Assembly: GCA_038232695.1 (NCBI GenBank)
Contig: JBBSNI010000001.1
Location: 1-60,386 of the forward strand
From: Cytophagales bacterium
Lineage (GTDB): Bacteria > Bacteroidota > Bacteroidia > Cytophagales > Cyclobacteriaceae
Direction: 5' to 3'
DNA: 60,386 bases
Shown: piece by piece, positions 8,854 through 17,965 of the stretch
Layout of the letters: the number at the start of each line of letters is the position of its first letter
How positions within the stretch are numbered: position 1 is the stretch's first letter
Notes under the pieces: generated by a model
Databases searched by the model: none
The model's input: only the letters and a program-made list of their open reading frames with translations
Told to the model about the DNA's origin: nothing
Made by a program: the position numbers and the translations under genes

Positions 8854-9720
8854 TCATTGATCTTCTATCACCACCTCGCCGTCCACGGCGGTGGAGACCT
8901 GGAAGAAGCCTAATGGAGGGTTGCCAGGGTCGGTCATGTTTTCTATGTTGGTCGTGGGGTTGCGGGGGGGGGAACTGAACAGCCCGCCGTCGTTGAAAAG
9001 CAGTTCCAGTAGTTCGTTATAATATTCGTAGATTCCTTTGTTCAGGCTGTACATCTCAATGCGTACGGTATCGCCCGCTTCAAAGGCATAGTTGGCTAAC
9101 TGCAAGGTGTCTATCTGCGCTTTGAGCACTTCATCATCCTGGATGAGATAGTCTTCAGGCTCGTTGTAGATAGAGTCGTCTTCATAAAGGATAAAGCGGT
9201 AGTAGTTGATGCCGCGCTCTTTGGGCGTTCTGCCGCTGAAGTACAGGTAATACCCCTCGTCCAGGAAACCCCGCTTGGGCTGGTAGCGGTAGGTAAATGA
9301 ATCTACCCTGGCTACCGGCAACACCGTACCGGTCGCCTCATACGTCTGCTCCTGGCGATTGACTTGCAGGCGGTAGCTGTGTCCGGGGCTCACCGGGATT
9401 TCCTCATTAGTATACACCCCAGGCATGTTCTCGTCTGTTGTCAGGGGATACACCGTGTTATCCGTCAGGTCGGTGATGGCTACGCTGGCGTCGGTGGCGG
9501 GGTTAAAATCATTTTCATCGTAATAGTTGCCGGTCGTAGATACCGTAACGGTCGCATTGCTGCGCGCAGGGTTTTGTTCCCAGTACGTCAGGAATCCTTC
9601 TATGACTACCTGCGGCTCTTCGTTGGGCAGGTCTACCTCTATCACTTCCCGGCAGGCAGAGATCAGAAAGAGTGCTGCCAGCCAGCCATAGGTCTTGATA
9701 AGTCTTGCGCAGCTTTTCAT
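8854..9720 (-). CDS. DUF4249-family lipoprotein (partner of the TonB-dependent receptor)
   Basis: Lipobox LISAC; EVIEVDL...VVIEG; C-terminal P.NP.TNI.N...LGFF; directly follows the TBDR. Confidence 0.8.
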   Translation of the reverse strand: MKSCARLIKTYGWLAALFLISACREVIEVDLPNEEPQVVIEGFLTYWEQNPARSNATVTVSTTGNYYDENDFNPATDASVAITDLTDNTVYPLTTDENMPGVYTNEEIPVSPGHSYRLQVNRQEQTYEATGTVLPVARVDSFTYRYQPKRGFLDEGYYLYFSGRTPKERGINYYRFILYEDDSIYNEPEDYLIQDDEVLKAQIDTLQLANYAFEAGDTVRIEMYSLNKGIYEYYNELLELLFNDGGLFSSPPRNPTTNIENMTDPGNPPLGFFQVSTAVDGEVVIEDQ

Positions 9721-12143
9721 TAGAATTTAAAGTTATACGTCACAGCAGGAATAATGCTGAACAGGTACGTTTTGATAGCGGCGGTCCGCTCCGTGATGAT
9801 AGGCCCGTCATTGTCCGGATCGTAACCGGGGTCGTTGTTGATGACCTTGTCAAAGGTGATAGAGAACGCATTCTTGCGGGCATATACATTATAGATAGAA
9901 AAGCTCCAGCTTCCCTGCCACCTTCTGTTCTTGCGATTTTTTCCGTCCAGCACCGCCGACAAGTCCATGCGGTGGTAATCGGGCATACGGTAGGCGTTGC
10001 GTTGCAAAGGATCGTAGTAGGCTACCGACTGCCCGTTGAGTTGGTAGCGCCCTGCCGGATACGACACAGCCGCACCCGTGCTATAGACCCAGGTGCCGGA
10101 AAGCGTCAGCCGGGGACTTGCCTGGTAGCTGGCGACCACGGATATATCATGGATGCGGTCGTAGCGGGCGTTGTAAGGGCGTCCGCCATTGATGTCTGCT
10201 ACCTGGCGGCGGGTGCGGGAAAGGGTATAGCTCACCCAACCGGTCGTTCTGCCGGTGTTTTTCTTGACCAGAAATTCTGCACCATACGCCCATCCTTTGC
10301 CTTCGGAGATTTCAGTTTCTATGTTGTTGTTCAGCAAAATATCAGCGCCTGATTTGAAGTCTATCACGTTTTGCATCCATTTGTAGTATACTTCTACCGA
10401 GGTTTCCAAAGTATTGTGGCGCAGATTACGGAAATAGCCAGCGGCGATCTGATCGCCGATCAGCGGTTTTACATAACGGTCGGCAGGAATCCATCGGTCT
10501 ATAGGCAGCCCGGCGGTAGAGTTGGAAGCAATCTGAAGATACTGGCGCATCCGGTTGTAGGAAGCTTTGAGCGAGCTATTGGATGTGAGCAGATAACGCG
10601 CCCCAAAACGCGGTTCCAGCCCATGGTACAGTTTGATATTCTCCAGGCTTTCATAATTCCGGGTATCTGTGATGGTTTCGTCGGAGAAAGGTTTACCCGC
10701 TTCGTATTGGTAAACGACACCCGGACCGATGTGCTGGAAGACAGAGTATCGCAATCCATACTCCAAAGAAACACGGTCGCTGACCTGCTGGTTGTTACCT
10801 ACGTATATTGCTTGTTCCAAGGCATATTTATCGTCCAGCAGCAAGGGGATAAAGTTGGTCGTTCCCCGCGGGATGATCTTGGCGGGTTCAAACTTGTGCA
10901 GCGTCGCCTGGTAGCCGAAGTCTATGGTATTTTCTGTGTTCGGAAAGAAGTTGAAGTCCAGTTTGAGGTTGTATTCTTTCAGGTTGGCATTCCAGGTAAA
11001 GTTCACCACGTCGGTATCTATGTCGAAGCCATAGTCGAAGTTGCTGTAGATCAGGGAAGTGTTAAGAAACAGGCGGTCGGAGAAAAGATGGTTCCAGCGT
11101 ACAGTTGCGGTGGCATTGCCCCAGTCCAGACCAAACTGGTCGGCTACGCCGAAGCGGTCACGTCCGAAATAGCCGGAAGCGAAAAGTTTGTTGTTATCGT
11201 TGAGCTTGTAATTGGCTTTGGCGTTGAAATCATAAAAGTAAAGTGTATTATTATTAATGTTCTCGTTGCTGGAAAGTCTTAGGAACAAGTCGGCATAAGT
11301 ACGGCGTCCGGATAAGATAAAGGAAGACTCATCTTTTTTGAGCGGCCCTTCTATGGTGAGGCGGCTGGAGATGCTGCCGATGCCGCCGGAGACTGCCAAC
11401 CTTTTATTGTTGCCTTCTTTCATCTGAATATCCAGGATAGAAGACAATCGCCCGCCGTAGCGCGCCGGAATGCCGCCTTTGTAGATTTCCAGGTTTTTGA
11501 TAGCATCTGGGTTGAATACGGAAAAGAACCCCAGAAAGTGGGCAGGATTGTAGACCGTCGCTTCGTCTAACAGCACCAGGTTCTGGTCGGCAGCGCCGCC
11601 ACGCACAAAAAGCCCAGTCGTGCCCTCCCCTGCCGACTGTATGCCGGGCAGCAGTTGGAGCGTCTTGAGAATATCTACCTCGCCAAACAGGGCAGGCAGG
11701 CTTTTCACCTTCTCTATCTTGAGCGTTTCGCGGCTCATCTTCACATCCTGCACATTGTCTTCGGCGCGCTCCCCGGAGATAATGACCTCTTCCAAGGCAA
11801 TTTCCCCGCTGCTCAGTTCCACGTTCAGCGTCTGATCCTTATTCAAGTTGATGCTGAACGCTTTGGGCTGATAGCCAATATAGGAATACACCAGTTGGTA
11901 TTCTCCGGCAGGCAGCGTCAGGGAGTAAAAGCCATATACATTGCTGGTCGTACCTTTGCCAGACGAAGAGATAGCGACGGTTGCCCCGATCATCACTTCA
12001 CCATCAGCCGCATCTTTGATATAGCCGCTGACACTATAGCGCTGCTGCGCCCAGGCCAGGGTCGTTGTCAGCAGCAACAGGCTCAGCAACAGAAAAGAAT
12101 TCTTAGAAAGTTGCCGGAGGCAAGCAGTACAGCATAGAGGCAT
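9720..12143 (-). CDS. TonB-dependent receptor with N-terminal carboxypeptidase-regulatory-like domain
   Basis: SGYIKDAADGEVMIGATV, plug region LPGIQS...VRGG..DQNLVLLD, YGGRLSS, C-terminal YNFKF; start uncertain (ORF extends to 12266). Confidence 0.9.
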   Translation of the reverse strand: MPLCCTACLRQLSKNSFLLLSLLLLTTTLAWAQQRYSVSGYIKDAADGEVMIGATVAISSSGKGTTSNVYGFYSLTLPAGEYQLVYSYIGYQPKAFSINLNKDQTLNVELSSGEIALEEVIISGERAEDNVQDVKMSRETLKIEKVKSLPALFGEVDILKTLQLLPGIQSAGEGTTGLFVRGGAADQNLVLLDEATVYNPAHFLGFFSVFNPDAIKNLEIYKGGIPARYGGRLSSILDIQMKEGNNKRLAVSGGIGSISSRLTIEGPLKKDESSFILSGRRTYADLFLRLSSNENINNNTLYFYDFNAKANYKLNDNNKLFASGYFGRDRFGVADQFGLDWGNATATVRWNHLFSDRLFLNTSLIYSNFDYGFDIDTDVVNFTWNANLKEYNLKLDFNFFPNTENTIDFGYQATLHKFEPAKIIPRGTTNFIPLLLDDKYALEQAIYVGNNQQVSDRVSLEYGLRYSVFQHIGPGVVYQYEAGKPFSDETITDTRNYESLENIKLYHGLEPRFGARYLLTSNSSLKASYNRMRQYLQIASNSTAGLPIDRWIPADRYVKPLIGDQIAAGYFRNLRHNTLETSVEVYYKWMQNVIDFKSGADILLNNNIETEISEGKGWAYGAEFLVKKNTGRTTGWVSYTLSRTRRQVADINGGRPYNARYDRIHDISVVASYQASPRLTLSGTWVYSTGAAVSYPAGRYQLNGQSVAYYDPLQRNAYRMPDYHRMDLSAVLDGKNRKNRRWQGSWSFSIYNVYARKNAFSITFDKVINNDPGYDPDNDGPIITERTAAIKTYLFSIIPAVTYNFKF

Positions 12144-12216
12144 AGGTAGCAGCGGGTGTTTTCTGAAACACTTGATGTATACGGGACGGTGGGAGGTTTG
12201 TTTTGATAAAGCGGGA

Positions 12217-12281
12217 AGACCGAAGTCGGAAGGCGGAAATAAGCTTCGGTACCAATGGGGCACCACTTCCGACTTCGGTCT
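12217..12281. repeat. 16-bp perfect inverted repeat
   Basis: agaccgaagtcggaag (12217-32) / cttccgacttcggtct (12266-81); a further cttccgacttc copy at about 12287. Confidence 0.7.
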
Positions 12282-12282
12282 A

Positions 12283-12843
12283 CTAACTTCCGACTTCCCG
12301 CAATTTGTCAGCCTCTGCGATGGCTTCTTTTACCGTTACTCTTTTGCCATCTATTTTGGCTACGATGAAGGCGTCTTTGATACCCATTTTGCGTATGTCT
12401 TTCTGAAAAGCCAGCGCTGTCTCCAGTTCTCTGAACTTTCCCAGTGTGTATTGATCCATCGTGCCGCCATAGTCTATGTTGAGCTTTGCCAGTCCTTCTT
12501 TATATTTTTCCAGGTTGAAATTCTCAAAGGCACCGATCTGCACCTCAAAGAAGACACCGGTATAATACGGGGAGACTTCTATCAGCATATTGTTTACGCG
12601 GCTCAGGCTGTCCATTTCTTCCTGCAACAATTGATTTTTTGCCTCAAGCGTCTGAAAGTCTTTTTCCAGCCGGGGGAAACGTCCGAAGAAGGGCGTAAAG
12701 TTTTCTATATACATGATATAGCTTAGCGCCAGCAGGAACAAAACGGTAGCAGCGATCAGTCCTGTGCGCAGTTGCCTGTTTGCTTTTTTGAGTGCTGTAT
12801 TTCTCCGGCTTAGGTCTCGGTACTGTTCGGCAAGTGTTTCCAT
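12283..12843 (-). CDS. Membrane-anchored coiled-coil protein with C-terminal SPOR-like domain (paralog of 35648-36364)
   Basis: TM helix, coiled coil, then VFFEVQIGAF...YTLGKFR...MGIKDAFIVA..DGKRV. Confidence 0.65.
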   Translation of the reverse strand: METLAEQYRDLSRRNTALKKANRQLRTGLIAATVLFLLALSYIMYIENFTPFFGRFPRLEKDFQTLEAKNQLLQEEMDSLSRVNNMLIEVSPYYTGVFFEVQIGAFENFNLEKYKEGLAKLNIDYGGTMDQYTLGKFRELETALAFQKDIRKMGIKDAFIVAKIDGKRVTVKEAIAEADKLREVGS

Positions 12844-12912
12844 GCGGGAAGAAGGTTAGATATATGGGATATTATTAATGTAAAAACTGTTTGAAATATG
12901 TTTGCAGCCTCT

Positions 12913-12920
12913 TATATTTG
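12913..12920 (+). promoter_or_regulatory. -7 promoter element of the trp leader
   Basis: TATATTTG with an upstream TTTG near 12890. Confidence 0.65.
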
Positions 12921-12926
12921 CCGCTT

Positions 12927-13019
12927 ATGCAATATGTCAACAATATAGCGGCAAATACCAACGCATGGTGGCGCGAGTATCCACATGATCGCGCGAACTG
13001 TTGCTTTTTGTCGTTTTAA
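12927..13019 (+). CDS. trpL: Trp attenuator leader peptide
   Basis: MQYVNNIAANTNAWWREYPHDRANCCFLSF* with tandem TGG TGG, directly upstream of a terminator and trpE. Confidence 0.8.
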   Translation: MQYVNNIAANTNAWWREYPHDRANCCFLSF

Positions 13020-13040
13020 CTATAAAAATTTTGACTCACG

Positions 13041-13071
13041 AAGCCTACTGTTTGCGCAGTAGGCTTTTTTT
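13041..13071 (+). terminator. Attenuator terminator of the trp leader
   Basis: aagcctactg-tttgcg-cagtaggctt followed by a T run. Confidence 0.85.
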
Positions 13072-13096
13072 ATGGTACAATCTTAATCATAAACTT

Positions 13097-14542
13097 ATGA
13101 ATTCTCAACAAAAAGCCGGTTACCGCCTGCTTACCCAACACCAGAATTTACTGGCCGATACCATCACGCCGGTCAGCATATACCTCAAGATCAGGGACCG
13201 CTATCAGAATCCTATCTTGCTGGAAAGCTCCGACTACCACAGCAGCGACAACAGCTTTTCTTTCCTCTGCTGCCAGCCGCTGGCTACTTTCTCTGTCAAA
13301 CAGGGAAAAGTTAACCAGCGATTTCCGGATGGGAAAAGCACTGAAGTGCAAATAAAAAACCGCCGGGAGGTGGTGACGCTGCTCAGCGAGTTTGCCGGCA
13401 GCTTCCAGGCGGAGGATAGTAACTTTAAGTTTATTACTAACGGACTGTTCGGCTATATGGCCTACGACGCCGTGCAGTATTTTGAAGACATTGACCTGCC
13501 CGCCGACGCGGAGCAGGATTATCACATGCCGGAGATCTATTATGCCGTATACCGCTATGTGATCGCTATTGACCATTTCCGCAACGAACTCCACGTCTTT
13601 GACCATCAGTGGGAAGGAAAACAGGAAGCGAACGGGCTGCATGATCTGCTCTCGCTGATCAACAACAAGAACATTCCCAGCTATCAATTTTCTTTGAACG
13701 GAGAAGAAAGCAGCAACTTTACGGATGAAGCTTTTCTGGAAGTCATCCGCCAGGGGCGCGAACACTGCTTCCGGGGCGATGTGTTTCAGATGGTGCTGGC
13801 GCGCCGTTTTCAGCAAAGCTTCAAAGGCGACGAGTTCAATGTGTATCGTGCGCTACGCTCTATCAACCCTTCGCCTTACCTGTTTTATTTTGACTATGGT
13901 AACTTCAAAATATTCGGTTCCTCGCCGGAAGCGCAGATCATTATCAAAAACGGCGAAGCCCATATTTATCCTATCGCCGGTACTTTTAAGAGAACGGGCA
14001 ACGATGAGGCGGATGCCGAACTGGCGAAAAAACTGCTCGACGACCCGAAAGAAAACTCGGAACACGTGATGCTGGTAGACCTGGCACGCAACGACCTGAG
14101 CCGCAACGGCAAAGAAGTGGTCGTGGAGACTTTTAAAGAGATTCAGTATTATTCCCACGTCATTCACCTGGTTTCTAAAGTAACCGGACAACTCTCCGGA
14201 GATACGTCTCCGGTGCAGGTCGTCGCCGATACTTTTCCGGCAGGCACCTTGTCCGGCGCACCTAAACACAGGGCAATGCAACTCATCAGCCAGTACGAAA
14301 ACGTGAAGCGGGGCTATTATGGCGGCGCCTTAGGCTTCCTGGGATTCGGCGGAGACTACAAGACGGCTCAGTTCAACCATGCGATCATGATCCGTTCGTT
14401 TTTGAGCAAAAACAATACGTTGTACTACCAGGCAGGCGCTGGCGTCGTCGCTAAGTCGGTCATAGAAAGCGAGTTGCAGGAAGTCAATAACAAGCTGGCA
14501 GCCTTGCGAAAAGCCTTGCAGATAGCTATAGAAATCAGGTAG
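13097..14542 (+). CDS. trpE: Anthranilate synthase component I
   Basis: LLES, NPSPY, GSSPE, PIAGT, EHVMLVDLARND, FPAGTLSGAPK, QAGAGVV; ATG at 13097. Confidence 0.93.
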   Translation: MNSQQKAGYRLLTQHQNLLADTITPVSIYLKIRDRYQNPILLESSDYHSSDNSFSFLCCQPLATFSVKQGKVNQRFPDGKSTEVQIKNRREVVTLLSEFAGSFQAEDSNFKFITNGLFGYMAYDAVQYFEDIDLPADAEQDYHMPEIYYAVYRYVIAIDHFRNELHVFDHQWEGKQEANGLHDLLSLINNKNIPSYQFSLNGEESSNFTDEAFLEVIRQGREHCFRGDVFQMVLARRFQQSFKGDEFNVYRALRSINPSPYLFYFDYGNFKIFGSSPEAQIIIKNGEAHIYPIAGTFKRTGNDEADAELAKKLLDDPKENSEHVMLVDLARNDLSRNGKEVVVETFKEIQYYSHVIHLVSKVTGQLSGDTSPVQVVADTFPAGTLSGAPKHRAMQLISQYENVKRGYYGGALGFLGFGGDYKTAQFNHAIMIRSFLSKNNTLYYQAGAGVVAKSVIESELQEVNNKLAALRKALQIAIEIR

Positions 14543-14546
14543 AACA

Positions 14547-15233
14547 ATGGGATTTGCGATTGAAAAAGTAGTGCCCTGGGGAAGGAACCTGGAAGAATAT
14601 AGGCGGATGTTTTCCCTGACGGATAATGATCTGGACCAAAGAATCTTGGGTTGCGCCGACGGTCCTGCCAGCTTCAATGCTGAGATGCATGAGCAGGGAA
14701 AAAACTGTGTTTCTATAGATCCCATCTACCAGTTTTCTGCCAGCCAGATCAAAGAAAGAATCCGAAAAACAGCCGATACGGTGGCCGAGCAGATGACAAA
14801 GAACCGACAAGACTATCTTTGGGATCATTACCAATCTCCCGAAAACTTGCTGCGTATCCGGTTGGCGGCGATGGATTTGTTTTTATTTGATTTTGAAAAA
14901 GGCAAAGTAGCAGGCAGATACTTAGCAGGCGCTTTACCACAGTTGCCCCTAACAGATCAGTCATTTGATATAGTAATATGCTCTCACTGTCTATTTTCTT
15001 ATTCGCATCTGTTTGATCTGAACTTTCATCAGCAGGCAATTGCTGAAATATGCAGGGTAGGAAAAGAAGTCAGAATTTTCCCTTTGCTGGAAGTCAATGG
15101 CAAACCCTCCCGGCATTTGTCTTCTTTAATAACCCAGATGCAGCAAGACAATACATGGGACGTAAAGATCATACAGGTAGACTACGAATTCCAAAAAGGC
15201 GGCAATGAGATGTTGTTGCTACAACCAAGATAA
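14547..15233 (+). CDS. SAM-dependent methyltransferase inserted in the trp operon
   Basis: ILGCADGPASF motif I, LPLTDQSFDIVICSH, EICRVGKEVRIFP. Confidence 0.8.
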   Translation: MGFAIEKVVPWGRNLEEYRRMFSLTDNDLDQRILGCADGPASFNAEMHEQGKNCVSIDPIYQFSASQIKERIRKTADTVAEQMTKNRQDYLWDHYQSPENLLRIRLAAMDLFLFDFEKGKVAGRYLAGALPQLPLTDQSFDIVICSHCLFSYSHLFDLNFHQQAIAEICRVGKEVRIFPLLEVNGKPSRHLSSLITQMQQDNTWDVKIIQVDYEFQKGGNEMLLLQPR

Positions 15234-15299
15234 ACTATGCGACAGGTATTCATTCAGTTATTCAGTCCCTCAGTCCTTCAATCCCTCAATCTCTAAATC

Positions 15300-15872
15300 A
15301 TGAAAATATTAGTATTAGACAATTACGACTCCTTCACCTACAATCTGGTACACATCATACGCGAACTGGGTTATGGTGAGCAGATGGACATCATCCGGAA
15401 CGACAAGATCACGGTAGCGGAAGTAGGCAAGTATGACAAAATCCTGCTCTCGCCTGGACCGGGCATCCCTTCCGAAGCGGGCATTATGATGGACGTGATC
15501 AAAACCTATGCGCCGGAGAAAAGCATCCTGGGCATCTGCCTGGGGCACCAGGGCATTGCCGAAGCTTTTCAGGCCAGGCTCTATAACATGCCGCTGGTAC
15601 TGCACGGCTACGCCGACAAAGTATTCATAGAAGACGATCAGGAATATCTCTTCAAAGGCTTGCCCGCTTCTTTTGGAGCGTGCCGCTACCATAGCTGGGC
15701 GGTAGAAGCCGGTTCCGTCCCCGGCGACCTGGTCGTTACGGCCCGCGACATCAAAGGAGAGATCATGGGCATCCGCCACCGCACGTTTGACGTACGTGGG
15801 CTGCAATTCCATCCCGAATCTATCCTGACCGAACACGGCAAAGAAATGCTGAAAAGATGGCTGGAACATTGA
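15300..15872 (+). CDS. trpG: Anthranilate synthase component II (glutamine amidotransferase)
   Basis: DNYDSFTYNL, SPGPG, GICLGHQ, RYHS, QFHPES. Confidence 0.93.
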   Translation: MKILVLDNYDSFTYNLVHIIRELGYGEQMDIIRNDKITVAEVGKYDKILLSPGPGIPSEAGIMMDVIKTYAPEKSILGICLGHQGIAEAFQARLYNMPLVLHGYADKVFIEDDQEYLFKGLPASFGACRYHSWAVEAGSVPGDLVVTARDIKGEIMGIRHRTFDVRGLQFHPESILTEHGKEMLKRWLEH

Positions 15873-15888
15873 CGATCTGCCTAAAAAG

Positions 15889-16887
15889 TCATACCAGCTT
15901 TCTGCTTACCGCCGCCGCAATAGGCTCCAGGGTACGGAACATGGTGCGGAACTCCTCATGGGTCAACTGCTGGGCGGCATCCGACTTGGCTACTTTCGGG
16001 TTAGGATGCGTCTCTATAAGCAGCCCGTCTACGCCCATCGCTACACAGGCGCGGGTAAGGTCCGGTACGCCGTAGGCAATTCCTATGGCGTGGCTGGGGT
16101 CTAATACCACCGGCAGGTTGGTATATTCTTTCAGATAAACCACGCCGCACAAGTCCAGCGTAAAGCGCGTTTTGGTCTCAAACGTACGGATGCCGCGTTC
16201 GCAGAGCATCACCTGCTCGTTGCCGCCGCTCAGGATAAACTCAGCCGCCTGCACAAACTCCTGCAAGGTTGCTCCGAAGTGCCTTTTGAGCAGAATAGGC
16301 TTACGGGCTTTGGCACAGGTGCGCAAAATGCCCTGGTCGTACATCGCCTTCGCACCGATCTGTACGATGTCGGCATGTTCAATGACGGCATCTACATGGG
16401 TCGCATCCCGCACTTCGGTGATGATGTTGAGTCCGTATTTTTCACGGATGTTTACTAGCATCCTGAGTCCTTCCATACCCAACCCCTGGAAGGTATACGG
16501 CGAGGTGCGCGGCTTGAAACAGCCCGCCCGCAAAGTGGTAATGCCCAGCGATTTGAGCAGTTCGGCACTCTGGGTGATCTGCTCTTCCGACTCTATAGAA
16601 CACGGGCCTGTGATCATCAGCGTGTTTTCCTGGCTTCCTCCAATCGTTAAATCGCCCAGCCGGACTTCCCGTACCCGCGACTGATACTGGCGGCTGGCTA
16701 ACTGTATGTCGCTTTCCAGCACATAATAATCAGACGTATAAGCTTCCAGCCCTTGGGGCAGTTGTTTATCTTTAGAAGAAGTTACCAGCACATGGTAGCC
16801 GTTTCTCCGGAAGGTAATAGCCTGGGTTTGTTCAGCCAGCTTTTGCACGTCTGTGGCTGTCGTATTTTCTTTTAAGTGAATGATCAT
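15889..16887 (-). CDS. DAHP synthase class I-beta-like protein with N-terminal regulatory extension
   Basis: GPCSIES, KPRTSPYTFQG, CERGIRTFE, DPSH, ETHPNP..AKSD. Confidence 0.85.
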   Translation of the reverse strand: MIIHLKENTTATDVQKLAEQTQAITFRRNGYHVLVTSSKDKQLPQGLEAYTSDYYVLESDIQLASRQYQSRVREVRLGDLTIGGSQENTLMITGPCSIESEEQITQSAELLKSLGITTLRAGCFKPRTSPYTFQGLGMEGLRMLVNIREKYGLNIITEVRDATHVDAVIEHADIVQIGAKAMYDQGILRTCAKARKPILLKRHFGATLQEFVQAAEFILSGGNEQVMLCERGIRTFETKTRFTLDLCGVVYLKEYTNLPVVLDPSHAIGIAYGVPDLTRACVAMGVDGLLIETHPNPKVAKSDAAQQLTHEEFRTMFRTLEPIAAAVSRKLV

Positions 16888-17891
16888 ACTTCTCCGCGTA
16901 TTAAATGGTTGAAGGTAACAGCTCCCGTCAGTTGATGGTCTTGGTTGACCACCGGCAGGAACAGTACCGGAAATGACTTGCTTGTGACCAGCGCCAGCAT
17001 ATCCGAGACGGTCGCAGTTTCCTGTATCCTCACCGGATCAGGGTTGATGACATCGGCTGTTTGGGTTTTGTTTAAATTTTCAATGTGTTTTAACAATCCC
17101 CGGCGCAGGTCGGCGTTGCTGGTAATACCCTGAAACTTGCCGGTTTTGCCGGTAAACAGCGCGAAGCCGAGATTGAAGGCTTCAATGGTTTCTAAAATTT
17201 CTCTAAACGAACAGCGTTCTGCATCCAGTACCGGCAGTTCTTCGAGGTCTATCATGATGTCTTTTACCTGGTAGTGCGAGTGAACTTCCTGCATCTTGAG
17301 CCCCATCAGGGCCGCGCCCATAGACGGGTGGTTGACCAGGAAAGAGCCGGAAACGGCAGAATCTACGCCCATACTTCGCAGAATAAAGGAGACCTCATCG
17401 TTGACACCGCCATCTACATGGATCTTTTTGCCGGGAAACTGTTTGCCAAACCGGCGGATGCGGTTGAAGTTTTCTTTGCGAAACAGGCCGCCGCTCATGC
17501 CGGGGGTGGTGGTCATCAGCAACACAAAAGAAAAATCTTCGGCATAGGTTTCAAAAACCTCTATGGGCGTATCCGAGATAATAGCCAGCCCGTACTGTGT
17601 GTTGCCGCGGGGAAGCTGTAAGTAGCGCCCGTGCATGTTTTCGTACTGAAATTGCACGTACTCTACCTGGTACTGGCTGATCTGCTCAAGATATTGTTCA
17701 GGCTCAGCAGAGATGATATGCAGATCAATGGGCGTACGGCTGATCTGGCGGATGGTAGCAATATCGTCAAATACGCCCGGATTATCGTTGCAATCAATAT
17801 GGAAAGCATCAATGCCCAGCGCGTCGAGTTCCTGTACCAGTGTTTTTAACGCTTTGTCTTTGTTGGAATATAAAGAAGCGGATATTTTCAA
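16884..17891 (-). CDS. Ribulose-phosphate 3-epimerase-like domain fused to a CBS pair
   Basis: KISASL, HID, DLH, LLMTTTPG, VDGGV, VSGS in the first ~195 aa; C-terminal VKDIM...GITSNADLRR...LPVV..GAVT CBS pair; 4-bp overlap with the DAHP synthase gene. Confidence 0.75.
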   Translation of the reverse strand: MKISASLYSNKDKALKTLVQELDALGIDAFHIDCNDNPGVFDDIATIRQISRTPIDLHIISAEPEQYLEQISQYQVEYVQFQYENMHGRYLQLPRGNTQYGLAIISDTPIEVFETYAEDFSFVLLMTTTPGMSGGLFRKENFNRIRRFGKQFPGKKIHVDGGVNDEVSFILRSMGVDSAVSGSFLVNHPSMGAALMGLKMQEVHSHYQVKDIMIDLEELPVLDAERCSFREILETIEAFNLGFALFTGKTGKFQGITSNADLRRGLLKHIENLNKTQTADVINPDPVRIQETATVSDMLALVTSKSFPVLFLPVVNQDHQLTGAVTFNHLIRGEV

Positions 17892-17965
17892 AAGCTTGTC
17901 TTTTACTTTTAGGCTGGCAAATTTCTTTATTTTCGCTCGATAATCTATAGTTTTGCCAGATTTTT

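Noticed and set aside
13001-13096. N-terminal extension of trpE in the ORF track
   Set aside because: It runs through the leader peptide and attenuator; the ATG at 13097 fits better.
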